Below are positions 53,169 to 62,647 of a stretch of 64,000 bases of DNA, piece by piece (position 1 is the first letter of the stretch; each line of letters begins with the position of its first letter). This DNA is from an uncultured Methanomicrobiales archaeon (lineage in GTDB: Archaea; Halobacteriota; Methanomicrobia; Methanomicrobiales; Methanospirillaceae). The notes under the pieces are model-generated. The model saw nothing but the letters and a program-made list of their open reading frames with translations, searched no databases and was not told the DNA's origin. A program made the translations under genes and the position numbers. The stretch lies in assembly GCA_963697895.1 (NCBI GenBank), contig OY969100.1:1952001-2016000 (forward strand). Direction: 5' to 3'.

Positions 53169-54054
53169 ACCGGTCACCCTGGCTGATCAATCTTACTTCC
53201 AGAATCATTTTGAGCGGTATCCACAGGTCCATAGCGATAACACGTTTACCAATATGATCTGTTGGAATCACTATGCCAATTATGAATTTGCTCACGTCCG
53301 GGATAATATCATCATTTCAAGCACAATTGATGGAAAGACAACATTCCGGCCACCGATCGGGCCGCAGGACAATGGTCTCCTTCGCGAGGTGATCCGGCTT
53401 GCTGTGGATTTTGGTGACACCGTTCCGTTTGTCCTGGTAGACGATGAATCACGGGAGTGGATTCAAGAGATATTCACAGACATTGAGTTGTCGCTCGATC
53501 GTGACTATGCGGAGTATGTATATCGGTCATCAGATCTCGCAAATCTTCCGGGAAAGGAATATCTCACCATCCGTCACCAGGTAAATAAATTCAGGCGGAA
53601 TTGTTCACCGGTCGTTCAGCCATTGGGTATTTCGGCTCTTGAAGAAGTGAAACAATTTCTCCTTGAATGGTGTGAATGGAAGGATTGCGACGGGAAAGAA
53701 TTTCTCAAGAATGAGAAAGATGCCATTCTCTTTGCGATTGACCACTTCAGCGAACTCGGCCTGAAGGGTCTTTCTATTCGAGTGCAAGGGAAAATTGGGG
53801 CCATTTCACTCTACGAACCGCTCAATCCCGATACAGTTGTCGTTCATTTCGAAAAAGGACTGCCCGACTGTGAAGGGATTTATAAGGCGATCAACGCAGA
53901 GACCGCTCTCCTGCTTCAGGACGCGTACCGGTACATCAATCGTGAAAGCGATATGGGGGTACCTGGACTGCGCGAAGCAAAGCTTCGATATCATCCGGAT
54001 CATATGGTGGAGGTGTATACTGCCCGGGCAGACGAACTTGAAAAATACCTTTAA
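53146..54054 (+). CDS. DUF2156 family protein (MprF C-terminal-like aminoacyl transferase fold)
   Basis: RDYAEYVY..DLANLPGK, VVHFEKG, YINRESDMGVPGLREAKLRYHP. Confidence 0.85.
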   Translation: MLALKDFRPVTLADQSYFQNHFERYPQVHSDNTFTNMICWNHYANYEFAHVRDNIIISSTIDGKTTFRPPIGPQDNGLLREVIRLAVDFGDTVPFVLVDDESREWIQEIFTDIELSLDRDYAEYVYRSSDLANLPGKEYLTIRHQVNKFRRNCSPVVQPLGISALEEVKQFLLEWCEWKDCDGKEFLKNEKDAILFAIDHFSELGLKGLSIRVQGKIGAISLYEPLNPDTVVVHFEKGLPDCEGIYKAINAETALLLQDAYRYINRESDMGVPGLREAKLRYHPDHMVEVYTARADELEKYL

Positions 54055-54354
54055 GAATTGAATCAAAGTTTTGTTGATATAAAATTTTTCTGAATGTGGG
54101 ACCTCCTTCAACCCTGATTTTTGGTCTTTTTTTTAACCTCATTTTCAGCGGTGCGCGGCAGAATTTTACGAGCAAAATGGCCAGATTTGAAATGCGCCTG
54201 ATTATGAGTTTTATTTCGACGAAAGGGTTAATATACGTGAGCAATATCCAGAAGCGTCGTCAATTCATGCGATGACTCGACAAAAAAGTTTAAGTCAGGA
54301 AGGTCCGAACTTCTAAGAAATAGTTTGTGAAAACTATAGTGGGAGTGAAAAAAA

Positions 54355-54780
54355 ATGCTTGACATGAAACATGAAGTTCTGGTCCAACAGATGAAAGATG
54401 AAGATGTGATTAAAAAGTTTAAGAAAGAGAAGGCATGGGGCCTCTGCACCAACGTCGACCTGAGAGCGTGCAATCCTCAGACGATACGGAACCCGGAGAA
54501 GATTAGGGAGTTTATCATAGAACTCTGTGATCTGATCGAGATGAAGAGATTCGGCGAGCCCACTATCGTACACTTTGGCCCCAACGAACGCGTCGCAGGG
54601 TACTCCATGACACAACTCATCGAAACATCCCTGGTTTCCGGACACTTTGCCAACGAAACAAATGCAGCATACCTAGACATCTTCAGCTGCAAGGAATATC
54701 CTCCGGAGAAGATGGCAGAATTCTGCAAACGATTCTTCGGTGCAAAATCTATGACATACAACGTGGTCTTCAGGCAGTAA
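54355..54780 (+). CDS. speD: S-adenosylmethionine decarboxylase proenzyme family
   Basis: VDLRACNP, HFG...GYSMTQLIETSLVSGHF, YLDIFSCK. Confidence 0.85.
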   Translation: MLDMKHEVLVQQMKDEDVIKKFKKEKAWGLCTNVDLRACNPQTIRNPEKIREFIIELCDLIEMKRFGEPTIVHFGPNERVAGYSMTQLIETSLVSGHFANETNAAYLDIFSCKEYPPEKMAEFCKRFFGAKSMTYNVVFRQ

Positions 54781-54897
54781 ATCAAATAGGAGACAACATT
54801 CTTTTTTATATTTCTGCAGATTTACTCGGTCATAATGGTCCAGTTGAAGGCATATTCCGGGCTTCTACCCGATATGTATCGCTGAAACCCGGTTGGT

Positions 54898-55341
54898 TCA
54901 GGGCAGGTAGGGATCAAACCAGTGTTTGATCCGCTGTTCTGCCGCCTCGTACCCGCCATCGATAAATATTGCGCCGATCAACGCCTCAAGTGTCTCGGAA
55001 AGGACATAGGGTTGTCGCTCTGCATGTTGTTTTTTCTCTCCTAGACCCAGCTGTATAAATGCACCTATTCCGATATCACTCGCAATCTTTGCCAGGAGCT
55101 CCTCACGCTCGAGTTCTTTCTTTTTCTGTGTGATCTCATCCGGAGTGGAATATCCTCCCCGGATGAGGAGGTCTACCAGGATCGCTTTCAGAACGGCGTC
55201 TCCGAGTGTGCTGAATATCTCCTGATCTACACACATGCAGTTCCGCTGCTTCTGCTCGTTTGCGAAGGCTTTCCGTGTCAATGCGCGTCCGAGCGTGGCT
55301 TTTTCAAAAAACACATATCCCAACAGATCCTCGATACCCAT
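54898..55341 (-). CDS. Stand-alone ribonuclease III domain protein (no dsRBD)
   Basis: LGYVF...ALTRK, QEIFSTLGDAVL, LSETLEALIGAIFIDGG. Confidence 0.88.
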   Translation of the reverse strand: MGIEDLLGYVFFEKATLGRALTRKAFANEQKQRNCMCVDQEIFSTLGDAVLKAILVDLLIRGGYSTPDEITQKKKELEREELLAKIASDIGIGAFIQLGLGEKKQHAERQPYVLSETLEALIGAIFIDGGYEAAEQRIKHWFDPYLP

Positions 55342-55613
55342 ATAGTTTGCAGCTCCTAACTCATCCGGAAATATGGTTGTCTCGTATCTTGATAAATGAT
55401 CTGAAAGAAGGACGAAAACGTGATTGTACGAGCGAGTCCCAAAATCTTTGAATGGGAGACCCCTGGGATTATCTTTTTTGTTGAATTCGGAATCGATCGA
55501 ACAATTTTTGGTCGCAGGTAATAATGGAGGCCTTCAACACTATACGTTGATGATTGAGGTGGCACAAGATGCCTGGGTTTGACAATATCCCCGTCTCTAC
55601 GAAGCCAATCACC

Positions 55614-56201
55614 TCAAATCAGTGTAAAAATTCCATCGGAAATAATCTTGATAGCGATGGCGGCGACGAGCAGACCAAGCACCTTTGCAATGATTTCCGT
55701 AACACAGTCGCCCAGAAAACGCTGAATTGAGGCTGCGTATTTAAGGATTACCCAGGTTGCGGCAAGAGACAGTGCAATTGCGATCGCCGGGATGATTATC
55801 CCGTAATCCTTGGAGAGAAGGAGCACAGTGGTTATTGCTCCCGGCCCGCAAAGGAGCGGGGTTCCGATCACGACCCCTGCTGTAGTGGCGGAGTGATCGC
55901 CCCCCTTTCCGATCGCGATGCCAAGCGACATCTGCATGCCAAGAATGAACAGAAGAATGCCTCCCGCGATCTGGAAACTGGATAGGGTTATTCCCAGCGT
56001 ATCAAATATCAGGAAATTGAAAAAAAGAAAGATATACATCAGAATACCCGCGACAGCGACCGCGATGAATGCCTGCTTATTGATCTCTCCGGCTGGTTGC
56101 CCTTTCGTCATCGAGGCGAAAATGGGGACGCTCAGGAGGGGATCGAGGATGACAAAGAGCGCCGAAAATGCAAAGATAACGGCCGAGAGAGCGTCCTGCA
56201 T
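55614..56201 (-). CDS. MarC family integral membrane protein
   Basis: LFVILDP..SVPIF, SFQIAGGILLF, TPLLCGPGAITT. Confidence 0.9.
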   Translation of the reverse strand: MQDALSAVIFAFSALFVILDPLLSVPIFASMTKGQPAGEINKQAFIAVAVAGILMYIFLFFNFLIFDTLGITLSSFQIAGGILLFILGMQMSLGIAIGKGGDHSATTAGVVIGTPLLCGPGAITTVLLLSKDYGIIIPAIAIALSLAATWVILKYAASIQRFLGDCVTEIIAKVLGLLVAAIAIKIISDGIFTLI

Positions 56202-56711
56202 GGTCCTTATGTCAATTGTTGTCTCTCCGGATGGATAAACAAGCTGGATCCTATTGTCCGGATCGAGAGCAATCCCACCGAGGAAGATAAAGGAAAGAAT
56301 CCCCATAAATTAATCATGCCTTCCGAAAAAAGGGGTCATACGCCAGCAGAACGCCTGTGGCCGTATAAGGAATGAGCGAGAACCAACTATTGACCGGGCC
56401 GATCTTCGGAATTTTAATAATGCAGGAAAATGATGACAGAAAGGAGCGTGTTCAGAGGATGCTCTTGATTTTGGAACCACCTGATAGATAGGGGGATGCC
56501 AGATTTTTGGGGGGTGTCCAGCAAAACGAAAAAAACCAGGTGTTGCCATCACCAAGAGCTAATAGTATATGGGTGTCCTGTTCTTAAAAAATTTGAGGTA
56601 TTAAGATGAATTGCCTGTGATGATCGGATCCAAATGATCGCTTTCCATGCGAGATCCGGCACTGCTTCGAAATGAAAATCCGGATATTTGAGAAGATCGG
56701 CGATATGAGAT

Positions 56712-58067
56712 CTAGCGCCGATCGACCAGTCGTTTAGGCCTTCCCTTAACCCGGTAGAGTTCAAGGGCTCCCGGGCGTACGAAATTAAGAATAATCCGGA
56801 AGCGGTCGTCCTGATATTCCTCTTGAAGTCCGCGTTTTTTGCCAATAAACGCAGAGATGAAACGATCATGCACTTCCCGCTGATCGCAGGAATCCAGATC
56901 AAGACATTCAATACTGACGCGAAGCATCGTCTCTCCTTCGTCCTCTCCTCCGTACAGGAATGCTTCATATTCACCAGTCAGCTGCTCCATGTTCTCCCGT
57001 TGAAAAACACCTCGTTCTATATCCACCCGGTTAAGGGGAGTTCCATGGACCCAAACGGTCTCGGACTCGCGTTGAGGGTTCATTATCTTCATATGCGTCC
57101 TGCCGCAGACACAACGCTCCCGGGACAGAACTACGCTCGTATCTTCGGTATCATAATTGATGAGCAGTGTCCCGCACGTCCCCCCGACCGGAATGAGCGT
57201 TGTGAGGATATTTCTTCCACACTCACCATCCGGAACGAATTGTTTCAGATTCGGATCATAGAGATCCAGGTGCACTAGATCTTCAGGTACATGAAGCCCG
57301 GAGAGGTCGGCACATTCCCCGCACATTGCCCCCTCTGTACTTCCATAGGTATTGTAGACAGTACATCCCCAGATCTCGCTCAGATAAGCCCGGGATTCCG
57401 GAGCAAAACTCTCCCCTCCGACAACCAGACGCTCGATCGATGAATCTGCGGGTACTATTCCCTCTTCCCGCAGGTTTCGTGCAAGCCGAAGCAGCTTAAA
57501 GATGCTTCCCACGATTCCAGTTGGTTTATAGCTCTTAAGCACCCGTACGGAAAAGTTGCAGTTTCCGATCGGGATGACCGTAAAACCGATATCGTGCGCA
57601 GCGAGTGTCATAGTGTTTGCCCCGACATTCATGCCGTAAGAAGCACAAATGACAACCCGGTCGTGTCGGTCGAACCCTTGCGAGATGAATATCCGGGCGT
57701 ATCGTTCTGCATATCGCTCCCAATCTTTCCACGTCAGGAAGAAGCTTTTTGGTATCCCTGATGTACCGCTTGTCTCATGTACCGTAAAAATTTCTTCCCA
57801 TTCTGCACTTCTGAACAGAAAATCCTTCGATACAGGTGGTTGATTCTCACGGATGGTCTGACCGGATATTACCGGGAGCCTTGCCAGATCTTCATGAGAT
57901 GTGATCGTTGCAGGATCTATCGCGTGTTCGCGAAACCATGCACGGTAAAAGGGAGAATGTTCATTCGCGTACTGCACAGTATAGCGAACCCGTTCGTCTA
58001 CCAGCGCATCGAGGTCCTTTCTTCCCAGTGTCTCAACCGACTGATTGAAAAAGGGCATGGTATCCAT
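56712..58067 (-). CDS. ftsA: Coenzyme F390 synthetase (phenylacetate-CoA ligase-like)
   Basis: HETSGTSG.PK, NTYGSTEG, LLINYDTED, KGRPKRLVDRR. Confidence 0.85.
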   Translation of the reverse strand: MDTMPFFNQSVETLGRKDLDALVDERVRYTVQYANEHSPFYRAWFREHAIDPATITSHEDLARLPVISGQTIRENQPPVSKDFLFRSAEWEEIFTVHETSGTSGIPKSFFLTWKDWERYAERYARIFISQGFDRHDRVVICASYGMNVGANTMTLAAHDIGFTVIPIGNCNFSVRVLKSYKPTGIVGSIFKLLRLARNLREEGIVPADSSIERLVVGGESFAPESRAYLSEIWGCTVYNTYGSTEGAMCGECADLSGLHVPEDLVHLDLYDPNLKQFVPDGECGRNILTTLIPVGGTCGTLLINYDTEDTSVVLSRERCVCGRTHMKIMNPQRESETVWVHGTPLNRVDIERGVFQRENMEQLTGEYEAFLYGGEDEGETMLRVSIECLDLDSCDQREVHDRFISAFIGKKRGLQEEYQDDRFRIILNFVRPGALELYRVKGRPKRLVDRR

Positions 58068-58655
58068 GACGTGGAGTATAAGGAAAATAATCCCATAAAT
58101 ATTTCCTTCCGGGAAAATCTTCCCGGAGGAACAAGACTTCGATACGCAAAGTCTGAGAAAGAGGGAATATACCTTGTCCGATAGATATATCCCGATTGCG
58201 ATATCAGGCGGGGTACTTATCTCGCGAGCAAAAAAATGGCAAAGCAGAAAAGCAGTACGGAATGAACGAAGTGATAACGAAATTACTTGTTCGATCCTGA
58301 ACTGGTTGGAAAAGAGAAGGAGAATGGCACTGATATCTCAGGTAACAACAAAAAAAAATATAATTGCTCCCGCTGTGGTACCAAGGCCTGTTCAGATATG
58401 GCGACCCCCCTCATCATGGTTAAAATGCAAGGTCTATTTGGTTTGAGAATTTCTGCTTTATACGGCAAAGAACATATATCCTCAATGCCGGCTTTCTCCC
58501 TTCAATTCCGCATTTTCAGGTATATGCAAAGCAAAAGGAAATCATAACCGGGTGAGGATCATCCATAACTATATGATTTTTCCCATAAACCACTATACAA
58601 TCCCACGATAAATCAGTTATCTCCAGGGATGAGTCAAAGAACTGAGGAAAGTAAT

Positions 58656-59039
58656 ATGGCCGTCGTAAAGAGATACAAATGCAGATTCTGCTCGTATGTC
58701 TACTCCCCACTCAGGGGTGAACCGCATAACGGGATTCCTGCGGGAACACCGTTTGAAGATCTTCCGGATACGTATGTCTGCCCGATCTGCGGTATGGAAG
58801 GGAAAGGGAAGATAGGCACTTGGGGTTTTGAGGAATTCGTTCCAACAAAATGGATCTGTCAGGTCTGCGGATATGTATACGATCAACAGCGGGGTGAGCC
58901 GCATCGTGGTATTAAACCCGGTACTATGTTTGAGGATCTCCCGGATGACTATACCTGCCCGATCTGTGCAATCGACCCGAAAATAAGCAAGGATTATGGA
59001 AAGGTATTCAAACAGGGATTTGAGCCCCTGATGGTGTAA
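58656..59039 (+). CDS. Tandem (two-domain) rubredoxin
   Basis: CRFCSYVY...[10 protein letters not shown] and CQVCGYVY...[10 protein letters not shown]. Confidence 0.92.
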   Translation: MAVVKRYKCRFCSYVYSPLRGEPHNGIPAGTPFEDLPDTYVCPICGMEGKGKIGTWGFEEFVPTKWICQVCGYVYDQQRGEPHRGIKPGTMFEDLPDDYTCPICAIDPKISKDYGKVFKQGFEPLMV

Positions 59040-59067
59040 AGCTAACGCCCGGGCATTGACTGCCAGA

Positions 59068-59340
59068 TCATCTCATCAAATTTTTTCTTTTCTGATCGTC
59101 CTCTTTCGTGGCATCCCGTGCCGCACGGTCTGTTCTCTCCGTCTGCAGACCTCGTTCATCCGACCGCATTACTTTCAGTAGTTCGATGAACACCGAGAGC
59201 ACTGCGGCTTCGAGCGGGTCACCGGTTGTGGCGAACCGAGTGTCCGTGTGAGAACGGATCATGCCGTCGAGCCGGTCGGATGTGCCGGGGCTCTCTCTTC
59301 AGTGCCCGGCGTACCCGCCTGCCAGCGCTCCCCGGTGTCT
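59068..59340 (-). pseudogene. Probable decayed gene, resembling the small helical protein of archaeal PolB2 operons (arCOG07300-like)
   Basis: Fragments ERW / RRALKRE / DRLDGMIRSH...DPLEAAVLSVFIELLK lie in different frames with no intact start; family assignment is from memory of the motif. Confidence 0.45.
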
Positions 59341-59612
59341 GTGCCATACTTTCCTGTACCCGGTTAGTTCTGCGCTGACGTTTTTATATACAGTCACTGT
59401 GTCTGTGCATTGATACCAATTTCTCCCTCGGAACGTGGAAACTCGGTATGCGAGGTGAAAGTTGACAGGTGTTCATCAAGGAAAAAAATTATGACGGATT
59501 GTAATCTGTCGATGATCCGAAGGATGGTGGATTGTCGGGTTCATTTTAATGGGAAAGCGAGAACAGATGCCCTTTTCGTGATGCAAATTCCCATATCCGG
59601 AGTAAAAAAAAA

Positions 59613-60653
59613 TTAGATGAGGAGTTGTATCGGGTGGTGAGTGTCAGCGGCGACATCGGTACCCATAGTGCGTACTGCTTCGAGGGTGACGATATCCATA
59701 TACGCCTGGGTAGTGATCATCGGCTCGACGTTCTCGATCGGGCCGTACATGATCAGGTCTGCCCCGAGCGTGCTCGCGATCAGGTTGCATCCGATATCAG
59801 GTGCGGACCATGCTGCCTGTTTGATACCCTCCATGCCGCCGAGGTAGTGATGGGACATCTGCTCGAGGAGGAGGGGTTTGTCCTTGTAACCTGCTTCGAG
59901 GAGGGAGGGGTTCTTCTTCGTTCCCTTCCAGCGCCGGAGCCACGTCCATGCGACGGTCATGTTGTGATACGCACCGCCGGTTGGGAACCCGTGAATTGCC
60001 TTGCATGCGAGGATCTCACGGTATGAGCCTCCGGAGCCGAGCCCGAGCGGGGTAGCCGCGGTGTCGAGAATGGGCCGGGTGATCCCGCACTCCTCGGCGA
60101 TCTGCAACATACCCTTCGTCTGGCCGGCGACACCACCCTCAACGAGCACCTTCTCTCTCCCTGCTACCGACGGGTCGGCCGGGTTAAAGGCGAGGACGAT
60201 TGCTGCGTTGACATCGCTGTTCTTCAGTGCCTCGATGTTTTCCGGTAAGATCGAACCGTTAATCGAGTTGTAGATCGCCCTGTCAGCGAGACCGACCTCG
60301 GTTACATATTTACAGGCATGAGCGAGTGCGGCCGGTACTGATGAATCCATCAGGAATGCGGTCTTGTTGTCGATACTGTCAAACCAGCTGAAATAGTTCT
60401 CAAACGCTGGAGCGGACTCCGAAAGGATTTGGATAAAATGGGGAATCCCCACAGTGTCAGAGAGTACCTGGCACCTGTTCCAGAGGGCCTCGGCCTTTGG
60501 TTTGTCAATCTTACCCGCCTTATCATCGAGCACGATCTCATGCTTGTTGTAGAAGATCGAAGCAGCCAAGACGGTCGGGTATTCACCTGGCTGGCCACCT
60601 ATCTTGGTACCATTGAAATCCCAGATTTTCTGCTCTTTTTCAAATCTGAACAT
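59613..60653 (-). CDS. mtrH: Methyl-H4MPT:CoM methyltransferase subunit H
   Basis: MFRFEKEQ, IGGQPGEYPTVL, AIYNSIN, YGPIEN. Confidence 0.97.
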   Translation of the reverse strand: MFRFEKEQKIWDFNGTKIGGQPGEYPTVLAASIFYNKHEIVLDDKAGKIDKPKAEALWNRCQVLSDTVGIPHFIQILSESAPAFENYFSWFDSIDNKTAFLMDSSVPAALAHACKYVTEVGLADRAIYNSINGSILPENIEALKNSDVNAAIVLAFNPADPSVAGREKVLVEGGVAGQTKGMLQIAEECGITRPILDTAATPLGLGSGGSYREILACKAIHGFPTGGAYHNMTVAWTWLRRWKGTKKNPSLLEAGYKDKPLLLEQMSHHYLGGMEGIKQAAWSAPDIGCNLIASTLGADLIMYGPIENVEPMITTQAYMDIVTLEAVRTMGTDVAADTHHPIQLLI

Positions 60654-60669
60654 ATCTTTTCATACCTCC

Positions 60670-61407
60670 TTACAGTAATACATTCAATTTTGGCAGCAGC
60701 ACCAGCAGCAGTACGAATACGATCAATCCTGCCACCAGTCCATAGAGTATGCCGATATCTCGGCCGATTTTTCTGCCCACTCGCTGGGCGATCTCTGCAT
60801 CCACGAACTCGATCTGTTTTTCAACCTTGTCGAGCCGCTTCTCGATCTCCAGGAATTGAGGATTGACGCCTGCTGCGGCAACTTCGACGCCACCGGCGGC
60901 TTCCTTGACCTCGATGATCATCGCGTCGGCAGGGAATGCTCCCGGATCCTGTGCCTTGAGTTCGGCGAGTTTCGCCTTGACGGCACCGAGATCCTCGGTC
61001 TCCATAATGTCGACGACTTTAACCTGCTCCTGGAACCGCTTGATCGCTTCATCCTTGAGGTTCTCGATGAAGGGGATCGCACCTTCCGCACCGACGACCC
61101 TTCCGTCCTTCACGCCATTGGCGTGGAGTGCCTTCATGGTCTGCCCGGACAAGTGCCCCTTCACCTCTGTACCACAAGTGAGCATGAACCGGATATTCGG
61201 GTTGGAGATGATGTTTGCAATGACCTTCTCCAGACCGAGGTTTTCCGTCTTACAGGACCCGCAGATCGCAGCCCCCGCATCACAGATACCCTGCTCGTCG
61301 AGGTGAGAGCCCATGGTCACGACAGCGGTGGGGTTGTTGGGATCGCCCGAGTGGAAGTCACCCCTTACGAGCGGCCATCCACTAGCCGGATTTTTCTTAT
61401 CAACCAT
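60670..61407 (-). CDS. mtrA: MtrA-MtrG fusion (second mtrA copy)
   Basis: MtrA domain (TMGSH, CKTENLG, GHLSGQ) fused to MtrG-type [33 protein letters not shown]. Confidence 0.93.
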   Translation of the reverse strand: MVDKKNPASGWPLVRGDFHSGDPNNPTAVVTMGSHLDEQGICDAGAAICGSCKTENLGLEKVIANIISNPNIRFMLTCGTEVKGHLSGQTMKALHANGVKDGRVVGAEGAIPFIENLKDEAIKRFQEQVKVVDIMETEDLGAVKAKLAELKAQDPGAFPADAMIIEVKEAAGGVEVAAAGVNPQFLEIEKRLDKVEKQIEFVDAEIAQRVGRKIGRDIGILYGLVAGLIVFVLLLVLLPKLNVLL

Positions 61408-61410
61408 TTT

Positions 61411-61626
61411 TTACACCCCTTGCATGAGGAGCACCGGCACCACAATCAGGATCAGGGCCACGACGACGCCAGCGGTGAATCCGACAATCCCGATAGACGT
61501 TATTGCGGAATCGAATTTATTAGTCCTGGCCAGTATCTGGGATTTATAGCGGATATTCTCCACCATATTGTCGATCGCAACCATCCTGATTGGTCCGGCT
61601 GCTTTTGATCCTTCTTCTTCTGCCAT
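61411..61626 (-). CDS. mtrF: Mtr subunit F
   Basis: IDNMVENIRYKSQILARTNK plus C-terminal TM. Confidence 0.92.
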   Translation of the reverse strand: MAEEEGSKAAGPIRMVAIDNMVENIRYKSQILARTNKFDSAITSIGIVGFTAGVVVALILIVVPVLLMQGV

Positions 61627-61631
61627 CTCCG

Positions 61632-62354
61632 TCACCCCATCAATACGAACCCGAGAAGGGCGAAGATCACGATAAGTCCAATCATAAGGCCCTCGATCTT
61701 ACCTGAATAGACACCCGAGGCAAATTTATCCCGGTATCCGATGTCAGTCACCATCTTCTCGATTATCTTCATTCGTGCATGAACCAGTGCCAGTTCCCCG
61801 GAGAGCGGCCGTACTTCACCAGTTGCCTCTTCGGCACCCCCGGCGGCTTCCTTGACCTCGATGATCATCGCGTCGGCAGGGAATGCTCCCGGATCCTGTG
61901 CCTTGAGTTCGGCGAGTTTCGCCTTGATGGCACCGAGATCCTCGGTCTCCATGATGTCAACGACTTTAACCTGCTCCTGAAACCGCTTGATCGCTTCATC
62001 CTTAAGATTTTCAATAAAGGGGATCGCACCTTCCGCACCGACGACCCTGCCGTCCTTCACGCCATTGGCGTGGAGTGCCTTCATGGTCTGCCCGGACAGA
62101 TGCCCCTTCACCTCAGTACCACAGGTGAGCATGAATCGGATATTCGGGTTGGAGATGATGTTTGCAATGACCTTCTCCAGACCGAGGTTCTCCGTCTTAC
62201 AGGACCCGCAGATCGCAGCCCCCGCATCACAGATACCCTGCTCGTCGAGGTGGGAGCCCATTGTCACGACAGCGGTGGGGTTGTTGGGATCGCCCGAGTG
62301 GAAGTCACCTTTTACGAGCGGCCAGCCACTGGCCGGTGATTTTTTATCTACCAT
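61632..62354 (-). CDS. mtrA: Mtr subunit A
   Basis: [15 protein letters not shown], cobamide-ligand His in [17 protein letters not shown]. Confidence 0.97.
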   Translation of the reverse strand: MVDKKSPASGWPLVKGDFHSGDPNNPTAVVTMGSHLDEQGICDAGAAICGSCKTENLGLEKVIANIISNPNIRFMLTCGTEVKGHLSGQTMKALHANGVKDGRVVGAEGAIPFIENLKDEAIKRFQEQVKVVDIMETEDLGAIKAKLAELKAQDPGAFPADAMIIEVKEAAGGAEEATGEVRPLSGELALVHARMKIIEKMVTDIGYRDKFASGVYSGKIEGLMIGLIVIFALLGFVLMG

Positions 62355-62365
62355 TTCTTTTCACC

Positions 62366-62647
62366 TCAGACAAAATGGAACACCAGAATACCCGCAATGA
62401 GCAGTCCGACAGCCAGTCCATACCAGAACGCGGTCATACTGCCCGCGATAGGAAGTGCTTTCTCCCTGTTCGGGAACGATGCGCGGAAATTGCCGTAACC
62501 TGAGAGCATATTGACGAGGTCTTCGGATATCCCTTCAATGATCTGAACCTTCTCAATGATGGGGGCAAATGACTCTCCTGCCGTCGTCACGATCCCGACA
62601 AGGGGATCTACCACAAGCCCATACTCGGGAAGAACTTCTACGAACAT
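62366..62647 (-). CDS. mtrB: Mtr subunit B
   Basis: VLPEYGLVVDP, SFPNRE, AFWYG. Confidence 0.94.
   Translation of the reverse strand: MFVEVLPEYGLVVDPLVGIVTTAGESFAPIIEKVQIIEGISEDLVNMLSGYGNFRASFPNREKALPIAGSMTAFWYGLAVGLLIAGILVFHFV

Larger units (their letters stand above)
60894..62354. repeat. ~514-bp direct repeat (60894-61407 and 61841-62354) formed by the two mtrA catalytic domains
   Basis: By-eye alignment gives roughly 95% nucleotide identity, mostly synonymous differences. Confidence 0.9.

Noticed and set aside
58108-58127. NrpR operator
   Set aside because: Spacing is GGAA-N4-TTCC rather than the canonical GGAA-N6-TTCC
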